In this document: positions 1 to 11,939 of the stretch, one piece after another | Numbering within the stretch: position 1 is the first letter of the stretch | How the letters are laid out: the number at the start of each line of letters is the position of its first letter | DNA from: Nymphaea colorata | Lineage: Eukaryota | DNA length: 64,000 nt | Direction of reading: 5' to 3' | NCBI RefSeq assembly: GCF_008831285.2 | Contig: NC_045138.2 | Span: 24,862,001 to 24,926,000, forward strand | Program-made: the position numbers and the translations under genes | The notes under the pieces: generated by a model | Told to the model about the DNA's origin: nothing | Seen by the model: only the letters and a program-made list of their open reading frames with translations | The model's database searches: none

Positions 1-1510
1 TAAAATAGTTTCCGGTTGTTCTAAACAAATGCCAACCCAATTCATTTCTGTTTTAAGAAAAATTGACAAGATATTTTATGGTAGATGTCAACTTCCTGTT
101 TAAGGTATTGTCCGAAGGCTCAACAGTGTTCTTGTTGCCCGGAAGTGCGCCTTTTCTCTTGATCGTGAAAAGCATGAACCACGTCCTATGTCTGTCTCGG
201 CATAATCTGGTCCGCCTCTCCTTAATTCAGCTTGCCTGACAAATGTAAAGGAAAAGAAGGGAAAATACTCGATCTCCCTCTCTAAACAAGCGGCCCGCCC
301 CAGCCTCAGGAAATGTCGATTCAAGGCCATATCCTGGAGGTGAGAGGTACCATGAACAATCTAATTTGTCCAACTTCCGTTCATCAAATCCTGATGGCTT
401 CCACTATCTGGCTACTCTGTAAACCATTTGATTTATGAACGTTTTGCAGTTGAATTTGGTGTCAATTTCAAGCAGAGCGGAGCATACGTATGCATTATCT
501 ACAACAATGAAGTATATCAGACCTCCATAGCTAAAGGTCGCAAACTACTTTTCCCACCCCATTGTGCACCAAATTGCATCTGTTCATACTTTTTTCACCT
601 AACAAGCGTCAGTTGAAATCTATCTGGATTGGCCTGAATGGGCTTCTCAGACCCGAATCGACAGAAATATGTTGCAGCAGGTGCATGCACCAATTTGGGT
701 TGCTGATATTGTTCTTCATGATGATGTATTGTTGTCATCTGATAAACAACGGTCTATTGTTTCCAATTGATTGAGCTTTCTCAGTCATTGTTTGCTCTAT
801 TTTCATAATCCTTTTAAGCAACTTCTCAATTCTCTAGAAATGATTTCTTAGAGGCGGATAAAGTAGTAAGCATCACTCTGGTTAGATCAGCCAAAATTTC
901 ATAGATATGTGCAGAATTCATGCAGTGCCATCTCATCATCTGACAGATGGAGGTACCAGCCCGAGGTTTCACGAGAACATCAGAATTCCTCTTGTGGATG
1001 GCCTCCGGGAATTATCAATTGTGGTTCGCAGAAGAGGTTACTTTGCTGAAGAGGTCATTGCAACGGGAAAGTAATTCTCACCCCCTCAAAGCTAATAATT
1101 CCATCAAACTTAACTTGCTCGATCGGATATAACAGTGTGAGTTCAATAATTTCCTGGCTGATCAGGGTTCAACTAGATGAGGTGCTAAGAGAAGGCAAGG
1201 ATCACTCACTTTGGCCCCTACAGTATCAGTGCAGACGGTAAATCATCTTTCGTTTCAAAGACTGTGTAAATGGTTCAATTACTGAAGCTTGGAACGGGAA
1301 TTGCCATGAATTCATCCTTGGCTCTTCCAGCCTTCATATCAGGAGTGTAATGGAAACTCTTAAACTTGGATGGTACCCATTTCAAGTTGCCTCTCTGTTT
1401 CTGGATCCAGTATTTTGATCATCTCTTACACCAGCCATTTAGCAAACAGATCATAGGCATAGGCTTTTGTTTCATCAATGCTGAAACGATGTTAAGAAGT
1501 AGTTGTTAGC

Positions 1511-1603
1511 AACAAAATTCACTGAACAGTAAGCACTTACATTGCATTTAGAGGAACAACAAAATTCACTGAACAGTAAGCACTTACATTGCATTTAGAG
1601 GAA
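1511..1603. repeat. 47-bp direct tandem duplication
   Basis: aacaaaattcactgaacagtaagcacttacattgcatttagaggaa occurs twice head-to-tail. Confidence 0.9.
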
Positions 1604-1877
1604 GATGGAGGAGTTTGGCCTTCTACTTAATTGTGCAGCTTTTGTCAAAATTATTCTCGCCTATTTTGCAGCAGAAGGTCTGATGAATTCATTTTCTTCT
1701 CCTCTCATTGAACAGAACCGGTGCCACTAGATCAGGAGGTCAGATAAAGCTGGCAATGGAATACGAAAGGCCCAGAGTAATTTAGTTTATCCCTTTGCTT
1801 GTTAAAAGTTTCTTTTTCTTTCTTCTTTTCCTCTTCTATGAAAGCATCAATAACTTTAATATTGTGAACTCTTGCAG

Positions 1878-2489
1878 GTAACTGCAACTCCATGCCCTCA
1901 AGCGCCAGCAGCAGGATCAGGCTTCCATCCTCATGGCCGACCTGATTTTTATCCGTCAACGGAGTTTCCTCCACCAACTCCTCCTCCAAGATATGTACAC
2001 CCATCATTTCACAGTCATCCTGATTACCATTATTCATATCATGCACCACCTAGCCCGCAGCCTCCCTCAGCCCCTGGTTCCTCTGCATATTCAGGTAATT
2101 TCCTTTCATACTGTTACATTTTCTCTTTTCTTTCTTCGAATCTAGTGATTGGTCACAAAATTGTTGCTAAACTGATTATGATCTATTCGACGTGATGGTC
2201 TGGTCATGATTTGCTTGGACCAATACATACAAGAAGGAATTTTAAAATGGGTGTGACGTTTTAGGGTATGAAAATAAGGGATGAGGAGAGCCCACTGATT
2301 TGAATTTGTCAAATGTCATCAACTTCAATTTGGTGACAGATACAAGTATATGCCCTTATCATATATGTACATGTATGAATACTCCAATCATATACACAAG
2401 TATTTACTCTTATCAATATATATCTCTATGGTAACTCTTAATGATATATACAAGTATTACTCTACACGAAGTGTTAGCTACAGAGTTTG

Positions 2490-2528
<39 letters not shown>

Positions 2529-2698
2529 AGAAAAAATGCATTCCTTTAAAAAAATACCAAACTATTTTTTTTTTATTTCTAATTTTTTTATTTGTTGTAA
2601 ATCTTCTTATATTTTGACATTTATGCTATTAGTTTCTCAGTTATTTTATTTTTCCTTATTTCTAATTTTTGTTAATTTTTAATTTTTTGAAAATTTAC

Positions 2699-2734
<36 letters not shown>

Positions 2735-2965
2735 TGAACAGGTCGGATACTCGATGGGTACCCAGTACCTGACTCGATTGGGGTTTAGACTCGAGCCTGA
2801 AAAATGGGCACCGGGATATTTTTAATACTATTTTTATTGATTATATATAATTATAATAATGTATTATAATTAATTCCATTTATATATAATTTTATATTAA
2901 ATATATATATTTTTAAATTTTTATCAAGCCACCGTTACGAGCTGCAGCTTGACCCGATGTCCAAG

Positions 2966-3041
<76 letters not shown>

Positions 3042-3112
3042 AGATCGTGGAATCTAACTCTTTGTTTTCGTAAAATGCAGGATATTACTATGGCCACTGC
3101 CGCCAAGGATGA
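1878..3112 (+). CDS. 3' end (last two coding exons, 1878-2094 and 3081-3112) of a gene with a Pro/Tyr/His-rich C-terminal tail; the 5' part was not identified in the window. Possibly a further C2/CaLB family member
   Basis: Acceptor ttgcag| at 1877. ORF VTATPCPQAPAAGSGFHPHGRPDFYPSTEFPPPTPPPRYVHPSFHSHPDYHYSYHAPPSPQPPSAPGSSAYS, then phase-1 donor CAG|gtaatt at 2094. Acceptor aatgcag| at 3080 gives GYYYGHCRQG*. A Pro-rich exon plus a tiny phase-1 last exon is the same layout as the end of the downstream C2 genes. Confidence 0.65.
2968..3038. repeat. Compound microsatellite (CT)n(AT)n; other SSRs: (TA)n ~2494-2525, ~2703-2730, ~51069-51123; (GA)n ~5960-6002, ~23481-23540; (GT)n ~7619-7635
   Basis: Directly visible dinucleotide runs. 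Confidence 0.95.
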
Positions 3113-4574
3113 TGACCTGTGTCCTGGTTTCTTTCGATATTTACCTTTTTTTTTTTGGTTATCCATTTCTTGGGTACCAATATTTATCAAACTACGTGTA
3201 AAATGAGACCCTCCCCTTCAAGGATGTGGAGTGTTTGTCTGTATGTCCACAATCGTCTGTTTTTTTTTTTCAGAATGAATTGATAATGGATTTGTTCTTT
3301 CTCTATCTTTCATAGTGCAGTTTTCTTCGAAAAGAATTATTTGGACTATGTATAAATCATGCTAACAGATACAGTATTCCTCTAACTGTTCTTAATATCA
3401 GATGGGGAGAGAAAGGCACTTAAATTGCTCGGTTCGAGTGGTATAGCCATTAGAATTTAAGACTTGATATCTAATAAGACTCAGATTCAATTTTAAACAA
3501 ATATCCCACAGGATTTAGATTGGAACTCAGTATCCTATATCTAACGTGCATACAAGTTAAGAATCGGTTATTAACATTTCATAATGGGGTTAGGACTTGG
3601 TTGCGTATCAAAGATTCAAAGGTCGGATATAGATTCAGATGTGAAAATAAAAGGCAGATTTGGATCGGATTCATATTGAAAATTTAAAAATCGAATTCAG
3701 ATATGGCATGGACTTTTCTTCCTTCATATTTCGATCTAAATATGTGGTCACCTGATGAACCAGATATACTAAGGGGCACATGCATCTAATTCGAATGTTG
3801 ACATCCCCAACAGTCTAATATATGTTCACGGGAGGATTGGTCATAAATCCGCGGTTCTCAAAGTCGTATGAGGAAATCCACCACCATACCCTTGCCCCTA
3901 CTCAGATTTTTAGACATTCAAAAATTTATATTTAAATTATAAACATTTTAGTTTAACATATATAGAAATTTGTAAAATTCTATCTAAAATTTAAAACTAT
4001 AGTTCGTTAAAAATTCCAACTGCTTCAAGTCAATTGCCCAATACATATTTTCTGATGTAAGCTAGGTTTTTGACCTTGATCGAGCTAATTAAAGTGGCTT
4101 GAATATTTGAGCAAGCACATTAAACTTCTCGGCAATACCAAGTTAAGCTTCTTGAATTTTCTAAAATATATTTGAACTCGTCAACTTCATTGACCCTTGT
4201 GAACAGCACCCTTGCTTGATCTCGGATGAATCAAGGCCTTGGTATTTCAGTTCTGAGCCACCTTCTTGAAGCTCTTATTGAGAAGGAAAACTTTTAGTCA
4301 AATTTCAAGGTCTAGGAAAACTTCCCTCTCATTGACATAACATCTCAGCCGAAACACACAGTTTTAAGAATTTTTGCTCTGCTAAAACGCGAAACAGGAG
4401 GAGCACAGTCTGCAAATCCTCCGCTGGAGTCTCCTTCCACGTAGCAGTCGCCGTGATATATATAACTTCTCAGAGAATCAAATCGCCTCTTTATATATCT
4501 CTATTCTCCCGCAGCACCACCTTCGAAAAAACAAAGATTCAAAACCTGTTTCAGGGAGCCCCTTTCCATCGTTA

Positions 4575-6058
4575 ATGGCGATGGCAGATGTTCAAGGCCG
4601 AACGCTCGAGGTCTCAGGTGAAACTGCTATTAATTCTTTACAGTTCACATCTTCCTTTTCATGCAGCAAAATTTTCTTGTCTTACTTTTTTTTTCTTCAG
4701 ATTCCTCATATCATCCCCTTCCTCTTACCATAATCATCATTTGAGGCTCTGTTTTTCTTTTTGTAAACATGAATCTTTCAGTCATCGGTTGGAGAGACAC
4801 ATCAGCTAACACACATGGCTACCATCTTTACGCCGTAGTTCGATACGGCAACAAAAGTTGCAGCACGAGGACTTGCAAAGGTAAGTGGCCATAGAACTGG
4901 AGATCTTGAGAAAAGGTTGATGCGTTTCAGAATTGAACTCTCTGGTGCCCTTTTGCTCTGCATTTTGGCTTATAGATTTCAGATGATCTTATGATTCTAT
5001 TGGATCACATGTACAGCCACAAGGACACAGGAAACTAAATAAAATGTGAAGGTGAAGATTAGCCTCTTGATTGTTACAGGTGGACGGACGGACGCGGCAT
5101 TCAACGACAACTTAAAATTTCAATTCATTGAAGGTGTCCATGAGGTTGATATTGCAGTCTGGAAGAAGAGTACATGGGGGAAGGATAGGCTTGTTGCCTT
5201 TAGAAAGTATGTAGAGTCCAACTTCGGTTGATTTTTTCAGTTTCTACATGCAAGAAAAAGTACTTGAAGAAAAGAATAACAAGTCCTGAATTGAGAATAT
5301 CTGAGATTTAAAAAGTTTGGTTTTGTGCTTCTTGTGTATAGGATCGATTTGGAAGATCAAATGCTTGGTGGTTGGAAAAGCAGAAAGATGTGGCAGCTGC
5401 ATTATCAGCCCAAGTATATACGAATTTACCATAGCTTGATCCTTGTTAGCATTCTATTGTTCAAGCTGATCTTGTTCTTCAGCATTAATTACAGAACAAT
5501 CGTGTGAAATCGGAACTGTGTCTAGTCACAAACATGTTCGATCTTAATGTCTATAGATCTGCCTATTGTGATTTAAGCCAACCCTGCAACATATTTCCTG
5601 TGGATCATTTTCAATCACATAGTTACGCATCTGCTATATATATATACCTTGTCAACTGACGCCATCTTTGGGAAGACAGGCATGGAGCAGATATCAAGAA
5701 TGCAGGGGAAGTATATTTGGAAATAAACTGTCCATTAGCTCAGGTAAACTCTTTTAGAACTGAATTTGGATTTGTCTGTTTACTATTTTTTCTGCTGGTC
5801 AGACTGACCCTCTTCTTCTCTTTTCCCCTTTAACCAAACAGACACAGAACGTCATGCTGTCTCCTTCTGCACCGTATGGCTATCCTTATGGGCAATCTTC
5901 TTATTCTACAGAAAAGCCTCCAGGTAAACTGTAATTTTATCATTCAAGTTACAAATTCAAAGAGAGAGAGAAAGAGATCTAGAGAGAGAGAGAGAGAGAG
6001 AGTCCCATGCTTTGATGTATAACAAAACCTCTATCAATCAGATTTCTTGAAACTGTAA
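4575..6058 (+). CDS. C2-domain (CaLB) protein, array copy 1; intact, 7 exons, 165 aa
   Basis: Exons 4575-4617, 4782-4880, 5080-5206, 5342-5413, 5680-5743, 5848-5923, 6042-6058; all GT-AG, 498 nt in total. Protein MAMADVQGRTLEVSVIGWRDTSANTHGYHLYAVVRYGNKSCSTRTCKGGRTDAAFNDNLKFQFIEGVHEVDIAVWKKSTWGKDRLVAFRKIDLEDQMLGGWKSRKMWQLHYQPKHGADIKNAGEVYLEINCPLAQNVMLSPSAPYGYPYGQSSYSTEKPPDFLKL. From memory it resembles the Arabidopsis At4g34150-type C2 proteins (motifs QG.LEV.V.G, RTC..GG, F..IEG..E..I.VW, AGEV). Confidence 0.88.
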
Positions 6059-7712
6059 TAGAATTACATGACAGAAGGAAAACGGTGAGTAAATGAGATT
6101 GTATCCGACCTCCCAAATTCCCAAGTCGAATCGGGGGGTCAATGGTGACTTATTGACCCCAAGTGCATGCAACTGATTATTGAAAGAGTCAATTCTGTAT
6201 TGGCTGATTGCATTGTTCTAATCTGCTGGAGATCACAGACAATATTTACCTGTATTTACTCCTTATAGATATAAAAGAAATTACAATAATAACTTATTGG
6301 CAATAAACTAATCTAACGACACATACTTATAACCGGTTGTTAATATTTTTTCATAGTAGCGCTTATATAGTATAGATATTTTATTGGATCAACTTGGTAT
6401 CTGTTTCTTATTTTCTATGTACATATGTTGAATACTTTTTCAACTTGTTGTCAGCAATTTTTATGACCTGACCCAATTGAATCACCGATTGTCAAGTGGT
6501 TAAACACCAGGTAGTCATATGACTCGAGTTAATCTTGATTTGCAGGTTTAATTAATTGCCAATTTTAAATTAAATCACTGACCACTTTTTATTCTCATGA
6601 TGTACTCCTGTGGAATTGGCATTCGATTTGTAGGAACCATAAGCTTGAATTTAACAAGGTCAGTGAAATTCTGTAAAAACTGCCGACTTACAGTTTGAAT
6701 TTGAATTCAATGTTAGGTTGTTGATGCGGATGAATAATCAAAGCTCGAGGCTTGACTAGTATGTATAACGTTGCTTTTGATGATGCACCTTAAGTTGGCG
6801 TCATCTCCGCATATCAGTTACCAAGACAGTGTGCGGCTATGTGATTGACTAGATATTTTTTCGTATATGGCTTGCACATTGTTGGTTCATTATTAATCCA
6901 TCAGTTTAAATATTTGTACACTGAGTTTCAAGCTCATGGTATTATAAGGATTGTTTTCGTGTATATTTTTTTGCATCGCTGAAGTGTACTTTGTAGAACT
7001 TATGTTCCAAGTTGAAGTATTTAAGTGTTTGTCTCATGTATGCAAGTTCTAACTGGTGGATCTCCGCTTCGAATTTGGCGTGTTAGTATAGACTAGAAGC
7101 ATTTGCCAAATGCTCACTACAACTAATTTAATATGAAACGTATTTAGTTTAAGTTGTTTCTATGAAAACTGTTGAGTTTTGGTTTCTTCTTGAACAGAAA
7201 CCTCATTTAAATTTAATAAATGTTCTTTACCAATTTATTATTAAGAGCATAACTCTAAAGTTGGATTTTTTTTTTTTTTGTAAAAAAAACTTTGTCAACC
7301 TATTATTCCTCATTCGGGAGGGATGTAACAGCTAGAGGGGCCGGGGACCCCACCCAAAATCAACGTACAAATTTTCTTCTGGGTTCACCTTCTTGCTATA
7401 TATTCTTAAACGAAGGCCTTATTTTTTGTTTTTCTTATACCTGGTCGAAATAAAAAGGGTTTTCAATAGTTGAACCACGTCGTGTTCAAACATGCATGAA
7501 CATCGACTCTTCTCCTAAATTGCGTGCATTTGTGAGATATGTTCATTTCTAAATCTAGTAAAATTGGTGGAAACCAGTTGAACAAAAAACCAAATCATTT
7601 AAATGCAATGCTTAAACCGTGTGTGTGTGTGTGTGTTTTTTTTTGCAATGTAACCATGATATGGTCTTAAGAATAATCCAATGTAACGTATTAAACTAAT
7701 TTTGTGAGGTTG

Positions 7713-7999
7713 TGTTAGGAACAACACACAAAACTCTCCTCTCGCACTCTCAAGAGGGGGATAGAAGCAACAAGAAAGAAGACAAAGATCTACGTGGTAC
7801 GGAGCAGTAATTTTTTACGTCAACGGTCGCACAGATTTTTCACTATTCACTTTCAGATGAACACAGACACTCTCAGAGAAAAGACCAAAGAAGAAACTAT
7901 GGCCCCCCCTCACAACATAAGGATTAAGGCAAAACCCGCATTTGGATCCGCGGTATTGCATAAGAGTGTCCAGTATGGATCAAGTTCCATACACCAACA
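7713..7999 (-). mobile_element. Putative solo LTR (~287 bp)
   Basis: On the minus strand it starts TGTTGG and ends CCTAACA (TG...CA). It is flanked by a near-perfect 5-bp target site duplication (TSD), ggttg (7708-7712) / ggctg (8000-8004). The orientation is a guess. Confidence 0.55.
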
Positions 8000-8018
8000 G
8001 GCTGATGTGGGCGACTGC

Positions 8019-8467
8019 TAGGGATGTCAATTTATTCGATTTGAATCGGATATCCGATCGATCCGATCCGAAAAAATCGGATATGGATAAAAATTTAATA
8101 TCCGATTAAGAAATCGGATCGGATTCGGATTTAATAAATGACATCCGATCGGATTCGGATACGGATTCAGATATACATGAATATCGGATCGGATACGGAT
8201 TCGGATCGGATTCATTTTTAGACAAATATCCTCTATCTAATACTTGAAAAATGGCAAAATCTGGTTCAAAATTCGGATTCGGATTGGAATATAAATATAA
8301 AAATCAGATTCGGATCGGATTCAGATTGTAAAATCGGATTCGGATTCAGATATGACTTTGCTTTATTTGAATTCGAATCCGAATCCAAATCCAGATATAT
8401 GAATATCTGAAAAAGCGGATATGGTTAAAGATGTATCCGATCCGAATCCGATCCGTTGACATCCCTA
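8019..8467. mobile_element. hAT-type MITE (449 bp)
   Basis: Perfect 12-bp terminal inverted repeats (TIRs) TAGGGATGTCAA / TTGACATCCCTA. Perfect 8-bp TSD GCGACTGC (8011-8018 / 8468-8475). Interior full of TCGGAT/ATCCGA subterminal motifs. Confidence 0.92.
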
Positions 8468-9394
8468 GCGACTGCCCACACCAACCACAATGTGGCTACT
8501 ACGCCACTGCTCAGGGCCGACTTGGTCAACAGTCCGTTTAAGAGCCAGCCTGCTGTTAATTCATGTTTTTTGGTTCGGCCCATGCCGAAGACTTGATTGA
8601 CTCGAACGTGTCGACCCTGCCATGCCTTCTTCTGCATCACGTAATGGTCACCTACGAGCCGAAGAATTTGGGCATCTAATTCAAACAGAGGGACAAATAT
8701 CAAGTAACTCAAGTGTCTTCACTTCTTAAATCAGTCAGTCAGTGCGCTTGATGGATTGTTCCAGAGAGAGAAAAGGATCATGGCGCCCTAAAGGCACAAG
8801 AATACTCACTCATATTACCTGTTATTCAGTTTTAGTTGGTGAAAAAAAGAAAATCAAATATGAAATTCCAACCAACCTACTTTTTTTCATCTATTTACAG
8901 AAAAAATGTACTATAAACAATTATGAATTAACCCGTTGTTGTCGAATCAATCTTAGGTTAGCCAAGCGAAACAATAATTCGTATTTTCAATCCATAAAAC
9001 TGAGAGAAAACGTTTTTATTATTTTAAGAAAAATTTGCATAAATATATTCAACTTTGAATGGGTAACGTAAACACATTTACATCTAAATAACTTTCGTTT
9101 AAATGCTTGAATCAAAACAAGAAAGAAGTGGTCAAATGACCAGTCTTCCTTCATCTAATGTTTTTCCCTGAAGAAATGGTCCTAACTGCACTTGTGATTG
9201 CACATCCATTTCCCAGCCGTCTAGAGAAAGATGATACAGGTGAATAATTTCAGAACCGCTTAGAAACTACAAAAATTTCATAGGTAATGTTTTAACAGTA
9301 AAAAAAAAAAAAAATTGTCCCAGCATTAAAGTTCCGCTTGTTTAGGTAGGTGGATCTTTAATCATCTGCCTGCCGAAGGCGTGTGGAAGGGAGG

Positions 9395-9598
9395 AGGGGC
9401 AGAGCTGGCAGGGGGCCGGTATGGCCATGGCCCCTCTCCTCTTCAAAGCTTTAGAAATTCAACATTTTACATTTAAATTAAAAAAAAAATCATCAGTTTG
9501 ATCTATATAAGATTTGTATAAAAATTATACTTCAGCTTCTATTAAAATTGACCATTTGAAACTATAGTTCGGTCCTCAAATTCCGAGCTTTGCTCCTG
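9395..9598. mobile_element. Degenerate MITE (~200 bp), with a second copy at ~15458-15651
   Basis: Imperfect TIRs AGGGGCAGAGCT / AGCTTTGCTCCT around an AT-rich core. Present at the same position upstream of C2 copies 2 and 3. Confidence 0.5.
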
Positions 9599-9781
9599 AA
9601 AAGAGGAAGGAGTCAAAGAAGAGATGAGGAAGGGAAAGGGGACAGAAGAGACAGGGAAGGGGGACAGAAGAGAAGAGATAAGGAAAGGGAAGGGAAAGGA
9701 CATAGAAAAGGCTCTATTTTAGGCTCTATTATTTGAGGCTCTATTTTACTTTTTAAGTTTTTATAAACATGAATCTTTCAG

Positions 9782-10936
9782 TCACCGGTTGGAGGTACGC
9801 ATCACCTATCGCACAGCACTTCCGTCTCTACGCCCAAGTTCGATATGGCCACAACAATCAAAAAAGAACGAGAACATGCCAAGGTAAGCGGCCTTAGAAC
9901 AGGAGATCTTGAGAAAAGGTTGATGGGTTTCAGAATTGAACCCTCGGCTCCCCTTTGGCTCTGCACTTTGGCTTACACATTTCAGATGTTATTGTGATTC
10001 TATTGTATCACACCTACAATCACAAAGAGACAGGAAACGAAATAAAATGTGAAGGTGAAGATTAACCTCTTGATTGTTGCAGGTGGAACGAGGGACGCAC
10101 CGATCAACGGCGACCTCATATTTCAAATGATTGAAGATCTCCACGAGTTTGATATTAACATCTGGAGGAAGAGCAGATTGGGGAGTGTCCGGAAGGACAA
10201 GCTTATTGCTTTCGGAAGGTATGTATTCGTTATAATCCAATTTCGGTTGACCTCTCGGTTTCTAAATACAAGGAAATAGTATTTGAGAGACCCGCAGTCC
10301 AAGAAAAGAATAATAAGTCCTGAATTGACGACATCTGAGACTAATTTTGTTTACATTTGGTTTTGTGCTTTTTTGTGTATAGGATTCGTTTGGATGATCA
10401 GGTTCTTGGCGGCAGGCAAAGCATAAAAACGTGGCAACTGCAACGTCCGCCCCAGTATATACAAATTCCCCATAGCTCGATCTTAGTTAGCTTTCTATTG
10501 TTCAAGCTGATCTTAGATAACACATGGAAGTCCTTCATTAACTACAGATCAATCGTGTAACTCTGAACTGTGTTCAGTCAGAACCATGTTCAATTTTAAT
10601 CTATATGAATCTGCCTATTGTGATTTATATTTCCTGTGGATCACTCTTTAAGTCACAAAATTACGTATCTGCTATACATACATTGTCAACTGACCCTATC
10701 TTTGTGGAGACAGCAAAGGAGCAGATATTGCAGGTGAAGTAAACTTGGTAATAAGCTGTCCGTTAGTTCAGCCTGTTCAGGTAAATTCTTTTAGAAGTGA
10801 ACCTGGACTTGTCTGTTGTACAAATTTTTTCTTCTGCTCATACCGATGCTCTTCTTCTCTTTTCCCCCTTGTAACCAAACCCCCACAGAACGTTCCGCCG
10901 TCTCCTTCTGCACCGTATGGCTATCCTCATCGTTAA
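9782..10936 (+). pseudogene. C2-domain gene, array copy 2; exon 1 and proximal promoter deleted, exons 2-6 still open and in frame
   Basis: Exons 9782-9883, 10083-10218, 10383-10454, 10714-10780, 10889-10936 (TAA) have intact GT-AG sites. Upstream, the GA-rich tract (9600-9710) joins directly to the 3' part of intron 1. Copy 3 has ~650 bp including exon 1 at this position. Confidence 0.75.
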
Positions 10937-11825
10937 TCTTCTGAATCCTACAGAAAAGCCTCCAGGTAAACTGTAATTTTGGCATTTCAAGTTGCAAATT
11001 CAGAGAGAGATAGAGTAAGCGATCTGGAGAGGAGAGACAGAGAGAGGCTCTCATGTTTTGATGTATATAAGAAAACCTCTATCTATCAGATTTCGTGAAA
11101 CTGTAACGAAATTACAACACCCAAGTAAAGCCGTGAGTAAATGAAACTGTGTCTGACCTCCAAGATTCCCAAGTCGAATTGGATCACCAAGGGAACGTGT
11201 CAACGGTGAATTAAAAGAGTCAATTCTGGAGGCTGATCGAATTGGTCTAATCGGCTGAAGATCACCTGCATTAGCCTGGCCAATTCAACACCAGTATTTA
11301 CTCATTATCAATGTAAAAAGAAATTACATTTAGTAGTAACTGATTGGAAATTAACTAATTTGACACATACTTATAACTGGTTGTTAAAATATCTTTTTCA
11401 TGGTTGTGCTCATAAACTACAGATATGTTATTCTATCTGCTTGTCAGCTATTTGTTATTTTCTATATACATTTGTTGGATACTCTTTCAACTACTAGAAA
11501 TTTTTATGACCTGACCCACACCCAATTGTCAACTCTTTAACACGCTACCTAGTAGTTATATGACTCAAGTTTATTTTGATTTACGGGTTTAATTAATTGC
11601 CAATTTTGAGTCAAAATACTGATCACTATTTTTTCTCGTGATGCATTACTATGAAATTGGCAACATTTTCAAGAAAGTTGTACTTAATTCCATTTCTAGG
11701 TACCATAAGTTTATTAGATCAATTTGGCTGTCAAAAAAGGACATTCAGCTTTTGTTTCTAACACTAGAAAACCATGACCCAGTTGCAAACCATAACCTGG
11801 TTGCACCCGGCAGCATATAACTTCA

Positions 11826-11939
11826 AGGGTTGTGTTTGGTAACAGGAACAATGTCCAAAGAAATAGTGTTCTATGAATATGTCACAAAAATTAGGATAGG
11901 TACATAGAACGCAGTGTTCCTGTTGCCACACAAGACCCC
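11826..11939. mobile_element. Tourist/PIF-Harbinger-like MITE (~114 bp); an internally deleted copy lies at ~17944-17993
   Basis: ~24-bp imperfect TIRs GGGTTGTGTTTGGTAACAGGAACA / TGTTCCTGTTGCCACACAAGACCC, followed by TAA. Confidence 0.6.

Noticed and set aside
100..1480. Coding-like sequence with a possible minus-strand Copia 3' end (…AGCAAGTTAAGT…TTTGAGGGGGTG near 1075-1125)
   Set aside because: Only short ORFs and no convincing RT or RNase H motif. It may be a decayed element, but I cannot support a call.
3100..3120. gccaaggatga resembling miR169
   Set aside because: Only an 11-nt match, inside a coding exon end, with no hairpin partner.
8019..8467. TCGGAT repeats and ORF 8027-8215 (NPIRIRIRSD...) as a CRISPR-like array or repeat protein
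   Set aside because: There is no repeat-spacer periodicity. The motifs are subterminal repeats of a hAT MITE.
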